From positions 13,702,001 through 13,766,000 of the forward strand of contig JBHGNT010000018.1 of assembly GCA_043228905.1 (NCBI GenBank): a DNA stretch of 64,000 nucleotides, written 5' to 3'. Below, piece after piece: positions 11,591 to 25,300 of the stretch; the first letter of the stretch is position 1; each line of letters opens with the position of its first letter. A model generated the notes under the pieces. That model had not been told where the DNA came from, ran no database searches, and worked only from the letters and a program-made list of their open reading frames with translations. The stretch comes from Azolla caroliniana. Its lineage: Eukaryota; Plantae; Polypodiophyta. The position numbers and the translations under genes are program-made.

Positions 11591-14107
11591 TGTTGAGCGA
11601 GAAAGCTCAACGTGGGTCAGATCGGCAGAATAAGCTGAGAGTCGGATTCGTGCGCCGGATCGGAGACCCGGACCCATGTGTAAACCGGTAGGCCATTAGA
11701 GACCTACGCTCCTAGTCTACTAGATAGTGATATTCCTAGGAGTTAGTGTTAGTAGCTCAGTATGAGCATTGAAGTACTTGTTAGTACTTGAATCAATCCT
11801 TTTAAGGACTTGTATAAAAAGTGCTCTCAAGCACATTTGTATGTACAATGTGATTTTTGAATCTGAGTTTAAGTGTGTTCTACTCTCTCTTCCTCTCCGT
11901 CTCTCCCGCGTTCTCTGTGATTTGTTTCAAGCTTTCCATTAAACCTTCGTTCATTTTCTGTGGCTATCTGACTGAGCCAGTTGTGTCTACAAGCTTCTGC
12001 ATGTAACTCGTCACATGGTATCAGAGTGTGAGGGTTGAGAATCCTCTGCTACTGACACAAAGAACTTAGACAGACCAAAACCTAGCTTTCGGTAACAAAT
12101 AGAAAGAAAGAAGTAAGACATGGACAAAAGCATGGCAAGCTCGTTTCCTACAGAAAAGCTCGACTAGAGCAACTATGCATCTTTGTCATACAAGATGCAC
12201 CAGTACTTGTTGGGGCACAACTATAGGAGTTATGTAGAAGGAGGAAATGAATTAGTGTTAGAGATGACACACAAGGACTTTCTGGTATGGGAACAAGCAG
12301 TGAGCAGAGTGTTGTATTGCCTCGTGTCTTGTGTGCACGACCAAATGCTCGACTACATCAAGGATGCGTAAACATGGAAGGAGGCATGGGTAAATCTGAA
12401 GAAGATTATTGTTGCGAGTTGCGAGTTCCACAGCTCGACAGTTGCAGTTCCAACAAGAGCACAACAATATCCAGCAAAGGGATATGTCGGTTACGGATTA
12501 CACCATCAAGATAAAGGAGATGTACGACATGCTGGAGTCTATCAATGTGACGGTGGACGAAGATGAAATGGTGCAGATCTACCTAGGTGTTCTAACGCAG
12601 AGGTACATGCCAATCTGGACGGCGATATGCACCCGGGAGAAGCCACCGTCCTTCGACTTACAATCAATGCTGATGGTAGAAGAAAACCACGCAAGTGGGT
12701 CGAGGACCACTCAATCGGACAGTCGGATGTTGTACAAGGAGGCGGATCGGCCCAGTGGGTGTGGAGAATGAAGTGGATCGACACACAATAGTGGCGGCCG
12801 ATAAGCAGTTACGGACCCTCCACGAGTAGGGGGAGTCAAAGCGGCCGGAAACCAGAAAGGAAAGGCTGACATGGAATGTTGGTACTGTGGCCGGAAAGGT
12901 CACAAGGAGAGAGAGTTCTAGAAGAAGCGTGCCAATTTGGACCAATCTGGATTTGGCAAAGCCGAACACGGAAATCGACAGCGGTCGCATTACACCAAAG
13001 GATCGGATGGACCCGGAACCGGAAAAACCAGAAAGGGGTCAACCTTCGTGATGAAACACAAGGAAAACTTGATGAAGAAGACCACCTCACAATTGGATGA
13101 GGTGTGGTACGTTGACTCTGGAGCGTCAAACCATATGATGAACCATGAAGAATGGTTCTCGTATCTAGAGAAACTGGAGCAACTGGGAGTGGTCAAAACT
13201 AGAGACAACACTCCGCACCTGATCGAACATGTTGGTGAAGTCCCCTTATGTCATGTGGGACACAAGGGGAGATTGATGAACGTGATGCATGTCTTGACAA
13301 TAACAAAGAACTTGGTGTTGGTCGGCCAGATCATCGACCAAGGAATGCAAGTTTGATTCACACATCTTGAGTGCTTCATCGTGGAAGAGGGCTAGAAGGG
13401 CGTGGGGATGGGAGGATGTTCATCGTTGACACCAACGACGTTGGCATCACGCTGTTCACAAAGGGACAAAAGTCAAGTCAGACATCGACTTATGGCACAA
13501 GCGGATCGGCCACATCAACTACCAAAGGCTTCAGGATCTGCACCGAAATTTAGTGGCCGGAAGGTCCACCGACACAAAATGTGAGTCTTGGCGGGAGTCG
13601 ATACTACATCGACGACTATAACCGGCACACATGGAACTACCTCATCGAGAAGAAAAGCGAACTCTTCGACTGTTTCCAGAACCTGAAAAGCCTTCTCGAA
13701 AGGGAAACAGAGAAGAAGATAAAGTGTCTACGGTCGGATGGCGGAAAAGAATACTTTTTTGGCCAAGTCAACTATTATCTATGGGAAATGGGAATTCAGA
13801 GAGAGTTCAGCTGTAGATATATGCCGGTGCAGAATGAGGTAGCGGAATGGATGAAATGGTCAATTGTGGAAGCGGAAAGGGCAATGCTAGAGGAGTAGAG
13901 CATGCCCAAATTCTACTGGGCTGAAGCAGTCTGAACTGTAGTCTACATCAAAAATTAGATTGGGGAAAATGTGTCAGCACGGGAGATATATTTTGTGCGA
14001 AAGCCGGACTTGAGACACTTTAGGGTATTTGGTGACATTGCATATGTACATGTGCCGGATTAGAAGAGGAGGAAGTTGAATGCAAAGCCGGAGAAGTGCA
14101 TATTGGT
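11591..14107 (+). mobile_element. Ty1/copia element B: 5' LTR (11591-12015), PBS, decayed gag-PR-INT; interrupted by element C and resuming at about 22191-22356
   Basis: PBS TGGTATCAGAG (tRNA-iMet) at 12016-12026; CWYCGRKGH knuckle; WYVDSGASNHM protease; IKCLRSDGGKEY integrase; ends at EKCILV. Confidence 0.9.
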
Positions 14108-14642
14108 TGTTACCGGCCGGCAAAGAAGGCTTAAGGAGGTCCAAACCAGAGTGTGAAAGGAATAGTTATTCGGGAACTGTTGTAATTAGTAGTCTTAATA
14201 TATACATATTATTATATAAGAAGATGTGGACGGACGGACCGGAATCGGTATGCCGATCCAGATCCGGAACGATTCCGTAAAGGTGCCGGTTGGCACCGTT
14301 TTGTATTTCACACCGGAGACCTATATAAAGGCCCGGTTACAATGTAATGAGGGGCGGTTAATTAATAAAGTTTATTGTCTTAATCTTCCAGTGTTGATTA
14401 CCGTTATGTATTCATTGTTATATCTTACGCGTGTTAATTACGGATGGCTAAGTAATCGATTAAGTTCTAAGTAAGCGTTGTGCCGTAAGTCATTCTGCCG
14501 TACCACCCTTTGGTGACGTGTCTTAAGTGGACACCCTGTGTTAGGCTGTTGTCCGGCCCTAGCAATAACACAGTTTTTGGCGACCACGATTCCTGCATTA
14601 TCGCAGTGAACAACGGCAGGAATGGATGACTAGGCCAACAGA

Positions 14643-17600
14643 TGACCCGGTTACGGAGAGAGCACGAAGACTTGCTGAACGGAGACGGCGGCGAGAGGCT
14701 TTTCAGCAAGTCTGGGAAGCGGAAACCCTTCTCTAGGCCTTGGCCGGAAGAGACGGCGAATCCGAAGCATTTTCAGCACTAGAATCGGATTCAGAAGGGG
14801 GTTACAGCGTGCATACGAACTATTGCAGCAGTAACGACACCCCAGGAGGACCGGAGGACGAGGAGTCGGACACTTTACCGACACCGGAACTAGAGTTGGC
14901 AGACCAAGAACCTCTGGCACTCGTCGTGGAGCAACCTCCGGAGACAGAAATACACCGGCAAAAACCTCCAACACCGGAAGTCGAGCCGGCAACACCAAAG
15001 GAAGACCGGCTAAGCCCTCAGACGCCGACAGAACAGCAGGAAAGACCACCGACACCGCCAGCCCGCGTACCGACACCGGACGACGATATGCCGTTCTAGT
15101 ACTCCAAGTATCGGGATGACCCGGACACGGAGGCTCATGTTCACGCGTTTGAACAAACATGGGAAGCAAATCATGTGTCACAACGGTTAACCGCGGCAGA
15201 AGAGGAACGATCTAAGATAGCCGAATTCGGCGTGACATTAGAAGGACCGGCCGCCAGATGGCACCGGACGCAGGATCGCAACACCATCACCACCTTTGCG
15301 GACCTGAAAGACAAATTCTTGCACTTCTTCCAGAAGGAGGTGGATCAGTGAGAAATGGTGGGCTTATTTTACACAATTCGGCAGGACCCCGACAAGAGCA
15401 TCCCACAGTTTGTCATCCGGTTTCAACGGATGCACAATCAGCTTACCTGCGCACCTCCGGAGGAAGAAACGCGGGCTATATTTTTAGCCGCGCTCCGGGA
15501 ACCTGTACGAATGGTATGCATGGTCATTGACTTTCGCACAAGCACCGTCGACCAGGTCATCGACCGGGTTCGAGAAATGGAGAAAACGAGCTCTTGGCTA
15601 ACAATGGGAGCCCTCCAACGAGCATTACCAACCGATGAGGATCTCCGTTTCCGGCAAGCAATCCAATGCATGACCTGCTTGAATTCCGGACACTCGTCAC
15701 TGGAGTGCACTATGCGGACGCACTGCTTACTCTGCCAATCTACGAGCCACACGATGGACCGGTGCGAATATAACTTATCGAATCGGCAAGCTCCACCAGT
15801 CCGGCAAATCGAGCCACGTAGCAGCCAAGACGAAGAAGACGAATGTTGGCGACGAGAGGAGCGATATCGACCGGCACAAGATGTCCGGTACGACAATCGG
15901 CGAGACAACTACGACCGGTACAAGAGATACGACAAGTACCAAGATTACAATGGACAGTACGAGCATCACAACTGGGATCACTCCCCCGGGTATCACCAAC
16001 GACGGGAAGATTACGGGAGGTATGTCGACCAACCCCGGCAAGGGTACCGCAACAAAAAGAACTTTAATAAAAAATGACATTTCAAAAACGGGAGCCACCC
16101 ACGTGAACAAGAAAAAGGCGCCTCAAGAAGCCAACCAGACCAGAGCCCCGTGGTTACCACAAGTCCTCCACCGGGTACAGGAAATAATGCCGAATCCAGC
16201 AACACCCGGAAAGCATATTGCTATTACTGCCGGCAGGAAGGACATTATAGTAATCAATGTCCGGCAAAGAGCTATGATAAGCGACCGACAGTAAACATGG
16301 TAGTCGCCGAAGTCGCAGACCTCCAACAGGTCACCACAAGGTCGCAGGGGAAGACTAGGGAATGGGAGACACAAGAGGCCATCCGGAAACAGGCAACGGA
16401 ATGGGTGAAAAAGGCCAATGAGCGAAACGTAGCAGAACTCGTGCAACAGAAGGAGAACACCGAAGAGCTCGCCGACGGTAGTTAGTCCGAAAACACGACA
16501 TGGTAGGTATTGCAGGAATGCCAGATCACGTTGCCGTTAGGACGACTCTTGCAGCTAGTACCAAGATTCACAGAAGGACTCAAGGAAGGCATGACGATAG
16601 GCGGAACACCACTGGCTTTGGCATTCTTCTCAAACCCAGAGGAGGGACCGACGGTGGTGGACACCAGCAGTCCGGCAATTACGGCCATTGTGAAAGGGAA
16701 AGAACTCCCCGACACAATAATAGACGGAGGCTCCGGTGTTAATGTAATAAGCCTCCGGACGTGCGATGCTCTTGGAATCCAAGAATGGGAGCCATGTCCG
16801 TTCTGGCTCCGAATGGCGGACACAAGCTCGGTGCGACCGACAGGTTTAATACGGAACCTGGAAGTAACCATCGGAGGCCACACATTCCGAATCTCAGCCG
16901 TAGTTCTCCAGTTGCAGGCTGAAGGAGTGTACCCATTATTGTTGGGATGCCCTTGGTTAAAGACGACACATATCAAGTAGAATTGGAGAAGGAATATGAT
17001 TACGTTCCGACGGGGAAAAGCGAAGGTACGGGTACCAACACAACCAAGGAAGGGCACCGGCAAGGATCTGACACCGTTATATGCGGAGTGTGTCAATATG
17101 CTGGAAGGATTAGCAGACAAAGAGGAGGAGCAGTACTTGCTGGACAACCCGAAGATTGTACCCCTATTCAAAATTGACGTCGCGGAAGCGGTATCACCCT
17201 ACTTACTGCAACCGGACGAAACTGAAACGGAACCGGATAAAGAAGCAATCCGGGAGTTACGGCATGCGCAGGAGGCATTGGAAAGGGAAATGGCCGTATC
17301 CCAGTGCGTAAAAGCGTCCCAATTAGAAGAGGTGAATTGAGGAACAACGGAGGAGGCAAAACCGGTGCACATCGCCAAAGAAATGAATGCAGAGAACAAA
17401 ACGACGATAATTACACTCAATGAGTTTCGCGACGTCTTTGCCTGGTCGTACGAGGATATGAGAGGCCTGGATCCTCAGTTGTATCAGCATCAGATACATC
17501 TGAGCAAAGACGCCAAGCCGGTAGCACAACATTGGTACCGGATGAACCCAAACTACGCCGCCAAAGTCAAGGAGGAGATCGACAAATTACTGAGGGTCGG

Positions 17601-20347
17601 CTTCATTCGTCCCGTAAAGAAATCTACATGGCTGAGCCCGATCGTAGTTATACCGAAGAAGAATGGCAAAATTAGAGTTTATGTCGACTACCAGAAGCTC
17701 AATGCGTCAACGGTAACGGATGCATTTCCACTTCCGTTTACGGATGGAGTTTTGGATGCCGTCGCCGGCCATGAAGTTTACAGTTTCTTAGACGGATTCA
17801 GTGGGTATAATCAGATCCGGATGCACCCTGAGGATCAAGAGAAAACGGCTTTCGTCACCGAATAGGGAGTGTTTGTTGCGGTGGTGACGATGTTCGGGTT
17901 GAAAACGGCACCAGCAACATTCCAATGGATCATCATGGAGATCTTTGGCGAATACATACTGGCTTTTATGTAGGTGTTCCTTGACGACTTCGCCGTCTAT
18001 AGTAGAGAAGAAGATCATTTGCAGCATCTCAGACTATGTCTAGAGAAGTGTAGGGCGTACTGGCTAAGCCTGAACCCGGCGAAGTGTGTATTTGGAGTGT
18101 CCAGCGGAACGCTACTAGGGCATATAGTGAACAAGGAAGGCATTGCCGTAGATCCGGACAAAGTGAAAGCAATCCGGGAAGCACCGGCACTGGCAACGAC
18201 AAAGGCATTGAGCCGTTTCCTAGGACAAATCCGCTGGCATAGCCGTATGCTCTGATACTTGGCAGACCTGGCTACACCTCTGCATGCGGGAGTACACCGA
18301 ACACCGTTCCAATGGACCGACATCGAAGACAAGGCGTACCGGGCACTAAAGTTGTTATTGTCACAAGCACCGGTAGTGCAGCCTCCCGATTGGAGTAAAG
18401 AGTTTCATGTGTTCGTGGACGCTTCCGATATCGCAATCGGCAGCGCGCTCATGCAGCTTACCGAGCCAAGGTGGTACCGGCCAATGTACTATGCCAGCCG
18501 GAAGCTATCCCAAGCGGAACGAAATTATTCTACCACGGAAAGGGAAGCTTTTAGAATGATCTACAGTGTAACAAAATTCAGGCATTATTTATTGGGAAGA
18601 AAGTTCTCCTTTCATGTAGATCATTCGACACTCCTCTACCTAGTATCCAAAGCGTCACTTACCGGTAAGTTGGCCCGGTGGACTTTGTTGTTGCAAGAGT
18701 TCGAATTCGAGATATTCCACCGACTCGACATACAGCATGCGGTAGCAGATTATCTAAGCCGGTTAGATTCCGGGGAGACAGGTGACGGAGTACCGGACGA
18801 GTTTCCGGATGCAGAGCTTTTTCGAGTCACCACGGAAACGACAACAGATGAAACGGTGGCACAAGAAGATAAGTGGCTAACTAATATGCACCAGTTTCTG
18901 AGTACCGGACTGCCTCCGGAGGAGATGAACCGGGACGAGAGAAAATGCCTGGCGGTACAGAGCCAACACTTCTGTTTATTACAGGACATGCTATACCACA
19001 AAGGTGCGGACGGTATCTGGCGACGAGCGGTGCGCAGAAACGAGAAGGAGGTAATACTACGGGAGGCACACTGCGGAGTCGCCGGAGGCCATTATGCTGG
19101 AGATGCGACGGCAAGGAAAGTATGGCAAAGTGGCCTATGGTGGCCGACCACATTGAAGGACGCAGTTCGGTATGCGAAGGAGTGTGATCTATGCCAGCGA
19201 ATGGGTCAGCCAACGGAACAAGCTCGGATGCCACACCAGCCAATCCTACCACTAGAACCATTCCAAAAATGGGGGCTGGATTTCGTCGGGCCATTTAAAC
19301 CACCGGCAATTAGAACCGGCAACCAGTACGTGATCGTCGCGACGGATTACTGCACTAAGTGGGTGGAAGCGAAAGCCCTACGAGACAACACCACGACGTC
19401 AACAACGAAATTCTTATACGAATGCATTTGGTGCCAGTACGGATGCCCCATAGAGCTGATAAGCGACCAAGGAGGGCAATTTCTTGGACAGGTGGTAGAA
19501 AGTTTGACGACGTTCTATGCGGTAGTACATAAACGAAGCACACCGTAATATCCGCAAGCAAACGGGTTAGCTGAGTCGACGAACAAAACGCTCCAGAATA
19601 TCCTCCGGAAAATAGTCAACGAAAACTGGACGGATTGGGACACGAAGCTACATAGTGCGCTCTGGGCCTACCGGACAGCATACAAGACAAGCATCCGAAC
19701 AACACCATTCCGATTAGCATTCGGATTAGAGGCAGCCATGCCGGTCGAGTTCCAGATACCGAGCTTACGGATTCAGATTCGGGAACGACTCAATGAAAAA
19801 GAATCGGAGGCAATTCGGTTAAAGGATCTATGTGAACTAGAAGAACACCGACTGGCGAGCATTATGCACCTGGAATTGGAACAACGGAGACGGAAAGCAT
19901 TTGTAGATCGGCACCAGAAGGGAAACGAAAAGATGTTCGGGACCGGCAAGCCGATACTCGTGTTCCAGACCCGGATGGGCAAAATGCCAGGTAAACTATG
20001 GTTTAGATGGACCAGACCGTACTGGATCACACGCGAGTTCAATGGGTCCTACCAGTTGGGGACACTTGCTGGAGAAGTGTTGGCCCCTGGGCAAATGGGT
20101 CAACAGATTTAGACTAAAACCATACAAAGGACCTATGCCTAAGAACCCATTGGAACGAAAGACCACCACCGAATCAGACGCCGGCAGGCCGACCATAACG
20201 GCAACCGGTGAAGACGACGGCTACCACCAAGCCAGTAAGGAGGAGCATGAGCCGGCAACCGAGGAAAGCAGAACGACGGCAAACTGTCAAGAGGCCGGCA
20301 AGTTGCACGCTTCGGGCAAGGGTCCGACAGGACCAGAGAAAAACTAA
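14643..20347 (+). pseudogene. gag-pol of element C (mostly one frame, several in-frame stops)
   Basis: CCHC knuckles; protease IIDGGSGVN; RT FLDGFSGYNQI and FLDD; RNase H VFVDASD...ADYLSRL..EFPD; integrase HCGVAGGH, WGLDFVGP. Confidence 0.92.
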
Positions 20348-20770
20348 CCACACAAGTAAGTTAAAAAAAAAGAGAAAAAAGAAAAAGAAAAAGAGAATAA
20401 AGGAGCGAATCAAATAAATCATGGAAAGGAGTGGTGGAAACAGCCATGCACACGAGGAGTAAAGAGGCACGTCGAAAAGGTACGAGGAGCTATGAATAGG
20501 ACATTAAACCACCGCCACATGGCACGCAATGCTATTATAGTACACGACCTGCACATGTGGAGGCTCAAAAAAGGCGCCAAGATGCAGAGAGAAAAACCCC
20601 CACGCATTGAGACCTTCTCCTATCGCGAACCAAGGAGAACATACGCATAGCGGCGCGTGAAGATAAATCATAGAGAGCTCGCACACAGAGAACCCCCTCC
20701 CTCAGAACTTTTTCTCTCACACTCTCCCCACCATCAAACCTCGCCAACGCTCTCCGACCTCGACGCAGAG

Positions 20771-22190
20771 ATGGACTGCCAAACGCTGTCTGAAGCCGCC
20801 AAGAAATGGTTACGATAGCACGGTCTGGAGGGTTTCTTAACGATCATGGAGGCGGCGCCACACAAGGAGGCTGAGAAGATTAAAAAAGAAATCGACACGG
20901 AGGTGATCACGGAGGAGGCGATCCGTGCGTTAATAGGCCTTCCGGAGGGAGGTATCTACACGATCGACAATCCTACCCCCGGGCAACTCATCAAATATTT
21001 CGGTGAGTACTCTCTAGCCAGCAAGGGCTATAGGACACAGGGCGGCAAAGATATGCTATTCCGTGAAATTGCCCGTGTGCTCCACGAGTTCGGCCACGTG
21101 TACCCTCGACCCCTTGTCATGCCTCAGAACCGAGCAAACTTGATCATCGCGACGTACGAAGGGGTCAAGGTAGATTGGCCGGTGCTGATCGCCGACAGGC
21201 TGTGTACGACCATTGATATAGTAAGAGGAAAGGACGGCAAGGAAGGCTGGAAAATATGGCATGCGGTGACACAATGGCTCACCCTGTTGGCGCCACCGGT
21301 CGAGCCCGTCCAAACCAAGAAGCGGGGAAGAGCAACGGACGGCACCCCGAAACCTGCTTCGAAACGGCAACAACTGTTGGCCTCCAAGGCCACTAAGGGG
21401 AAGACTGCCAAAGCAGAGAAGGCGGTGAAGGAGCGCGCCAGCCGGAAGCGACCGACGGACACGCACGAGGAGACACCGGCACGAGCCTTGAAGAGCCCAC
21501 TCCACCGACTGGGGCAACAGGAAACAGACACCTTGGCGGCAAGAATGAATGCCGGGACTCAGGAGGAAGAGATGGAGGAAGAACCCACGGAGCACCTCCA
21601 GCAGCGGCCGGTGAAGAGCACCGCAGAATCAGTCGGGAAGCGTTCGGACCCACAGAAGGATGGAACACCCGCAACTCACGCTGAGCAACCCACGCCAAGG
21701 GAGGCACCGGAACCGGTTCGGATGGAACCGGTCACAGAAGTCCCGGCACAACAGGCAGCACCGGCAAGCCCCGTCACCCAAGAGCCAGAGACACAAAGGC
21801 CAACTGCCCCAGCCAGCCAAGAACAAGCAGACAAGGGGCGACTAGCTGAAACACACTCAGAGCCAGAACGGCAAAGTGGTCAGCTGGCAGAACTAGAAGC
21901 GCAGCTTGACGCAGAAAGGCGGGACCAGCCACCGGTGAGTGAACCCATCAGCCAACGCTCCGTGCAAGCGCAACAACAGTGCACTGGCAGCCAATGGCTT
22001 TGGTGGATAGGAGACCAAATTGCCGGAGTAGTCGGATGCATAGAGGCGGAGGAGAGAGCCCAAACGGAACGGTTGCTCGTCACAACCGATGAATTGGAGA
22101 TGGCCCGGTCAAGGATCCGGTGCCTAGAACAAGACCTGGATCGGATCACAGGAGATATGGCCAAAATGGCCTTAACCACAACGCAGGTCC
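20771..22190 (+). pseudogene. Extra ORF (eORF) downstream of pol in C; function unknown
   Basis: ATG 20771, one stop, then ORF 20846-22213; N-terminal domain homologous to 33943 and 58397; low-complexity linker, then start of a coiled coil. Confidence 0.75.
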
Positions 22191-22356
22191 AAGAAAAAGG
22201 TATACAAGTGTGACAACCCCCGAACCAAGCAAGTACGAGTGAGCCGAGATGTCGAATTCGATGATCAACATCCTGGTATTCCTTACCAACTCCGACCGCC
22301 CGATCACCGAAGATGAGGCTAGTGAACTTGAAAGGATTTGGGAAGAAGAAGAAGAA
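22191..22356 (+). pseudogene. Continuation of copia B integrase C-terminal region
   Basis: KG.YKCDNPRTKQVRVSRDVEFD...SWYSLP follows EKCILV at 14107. Confidence 0.85.
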
Positions 22357-25300
22357 TGTAAAGAATAGTGTGCGGAAGCTTGTAGACGAAATCGGTTACA
22401 CCGGATAACAATAGAGAATAAACACAGGTTTAATGGAGCCTTAGAATACACAGTACACGGGAGAGACAGAGAGAGCAAAACAACAAAAGCAAATCAATTC
22501 AAAATAACAACACTCTATACATATAATGTGCTCAGTGAACAGTTTTATACAAGCTCTTAAAATAACTGATAGAAGTATTGACAAGTACTTCAATGCTCAT
22601 ATGAGCGGCTAAAACGAACTCCTAAAAGTATGCATACGTACTAGGATAGATTCGTAGGCCTCTAACGACCTACCGGTTCCAATCCGATCCGTCTCTCTGA
22701 TCCGGCTCCTAGTTCCGGATACCATCTAGAAACCTATCCGGTTCTTCGTTCCGGACTCCGATCTGGCTCTAGCTTGTTCAACCGATCCGGATCCGGTTGA
22801 GCTTGTTTGCTCAACACTCCCACTCAAGCTCAACTTGAGGTCGGATCATAGTGTTTGTGTTTGTGGTAGCCGGTCCTCTTCCCCGGCTCCACTTGGGGTC
22901 CTCCTGCCTGGCTCGTGCCCCTCGTCCGGTCCGATTCAGCTTTCCTCAACCTGTCCGGTTCCGCGTTGCACAACCTTCTCGGTCAACTTCTCTGCTCATA
23001 AGGCCCTTCTCAGCTCCTTCCTTGTTGCGACTCTGGCGTATCTCGACCCATTGGTTCCTCCGTGTTGGTGTCAACTTCCGTTGCCTCCTTGCTCGTTTGG
23101 CCTTCAGTTGTTATGACTGCTCTGAATCAAGCACCACTTCCGAATTGGGTAACTCCCATTCCTTCCAGCTCTTGTTCGAATTGTCTGTCTCCAATTCGTC
23201 CTCCATCTTCAGACGCTTTAAGACATCAGACCATGTCTGTGTCTTTGTCTTCCCGGCTTGGCCTCCCCCTTTTTCTGTTGGCTTTGGCTTGGGCTCTCGG
23301 TTCCGATGGCTCCCCTTGCGTCCGATCTCGGCTTCTTCAGCCGTCACGTGCACTCCGACTTCTTTAGTCGGGGCCGTAATCGAAATCGGTTTCCGACTCG
23401 GCTTTTCGGTCGTTTTCCTCATTCCTCCCATTCCTCCCCCTCAAGTTTGGCATATCAAGGTACTCCACACCCAGTGCACCGGAAAATTGCCGCAACTTGT
23501 CTAAGTCAAGGGGTTTGGTGAAGATATCGGGTACCTGCCGATACATTAGAACATGCAACAGCTCCACTTCACCGGAGAGAACGCGCTCTCGGACAAAATG
23601 GTAGTGCACCTCAATGTGCTTTGTTTGGGCATGAAAGACAAGGTTCTTCGCCAACTGGATGTTGTTGAGGTTGTCGTAGTAGATCCTTGCCGGATCAGGC
23701 ACCACCACTCGCAGATCCTTGAAGAGCCTCTTGAGCCATATGGCTTCGCACGTTGCGACAACCGCTCCTTGGTACTCGGCCTCGATGCTCGACAGTGCTA
23801 TTGTCGGCTTCTTTTTACTACTCTAGGAAACCGCGGTGCTTCCAAGTGAAAATTCCGGATGTAGACCTGCGGTCGCTGGCATTTCCGGCCCAATTGACAT
23901 CCGTGTGGCCGACAAGCTGTTCGGCTACACCGGTCCAATATAGCAACCCCTTGTCCTTAGTGCCGCTGACGTATCTCAAAATTTGGTACGCGCACTAAAG
24001 GTGCTCCACAATCGGATGCACCATAAATTGATTGATCAATCAGACCATATAACTGAGGTCTTGCCGAGTGATGGTAAGATAGATAAGGCTTCTGACTATT
24101 TGTTGGAACCTTTTCGGGTCGCATGCCACTCCAGAGTCGGGGCGAAGCTTCCTGTTCCGTTGTACAGGAGTCGAGACAGATTTGGATTCTGTCATACCAA
24201 ATTTGAAGAGCATACTCGACACATAGTGGCGTTGAGTGATTAGTATGCCTCCGGGGGTTTGGATCACTTTGATCTTGAGGAAGTAATGAAGGTCTCCAAG
24301 ATCCTTCATGTCGAATGATGCTGAAAACTGGGACTTTACGTGGCCGATTTCGTCCAGGTCGGCACCGACGATGACTAAATTATCAACATAAAGTAAAATA
24401 CTAACCGACCCATTCTGACCTTGTCGGATAAAAAGTGAAGAGTCTAATTTTGACGGTGCAAACCCCATCCGATGCAGTATGAGTGTGAACTTTGCGTTCC
24501 AGGCACGCGGGGCTTACTTGAGTCCGTAGAGGGACTTCTTCAATCAACATGCAACCGATGTGTTCAGTTCAGACTGAAATCCGGGGGGCTGAACCATAAA
24601 CACATGTTCCTCAAGATCACCTTGTAGGAACGCATTTTTCACATCCATCTGATGTAGATGCCACCCCATCGCCACTACCACCGCAAGCAAGACACAGACG
24701 GTCGTCATCTTTGCGACCGGCGCGAACGTCTCATCGTAGTCGATGCTGTGCTGTTGCGCCTAACCCTTTGCCACTAACCGGGCCTTGTACCGGTTAACGG
24801 AGCCGTTGGTGTTGTATTTAACCTTGTATACCCACGTGCAACCGATTAGCTTCACTCTTGTCGGTACGTCCACCAAGTCCCACGTCTCATTCTCCATGAG
24901 CACATGCATTTCTTCCTCCATGGCCTTTTGCCAGTTCGGATCCTTAACTGCTTCTGCGTAACTCTCCGGCTCACACATGGTTGCCACCTTCACCATGTAC
25001 GCATAACGATGCGTCATATACTCCCCGTACCTTCACGAGGTTTTTTGGGGGGGTGGATCGACGCAATTCCTGATTCACCAATTTCGTGGCCCTCTTGGCC
25101 GACGTGGACTTCTCATCCAAAGATTCGTCGTTTTTTTTTTCGGAGTCGGATTTGCCCCGATCCAACTCGTCGTTGCCAGTGGCATATTCCGACATCTTCT
25201 TCTTCCCCTTCTCTTTGCGCATGAACCGTCTCCTCGATTCCTTGCGCGGGGAGAGCACAGTTGAATCTCCACTACTCGTAGGCTCATTATCAGACTGGTC

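Larger units (their letters stand above)
14108..22190 (+). mobile_element. Non-chromoviral (Athila/Phygy-like) Ty3/gypsy element C; 3' end deleted
   Basis: 5' LTR 14108-14570 (TGTTA...TAACA); PBS TGGCGACCAC at 14578; gag-pol followed by an extra ORF; joins copia B sequence with no 3' LTR. Confidence 0.9.
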
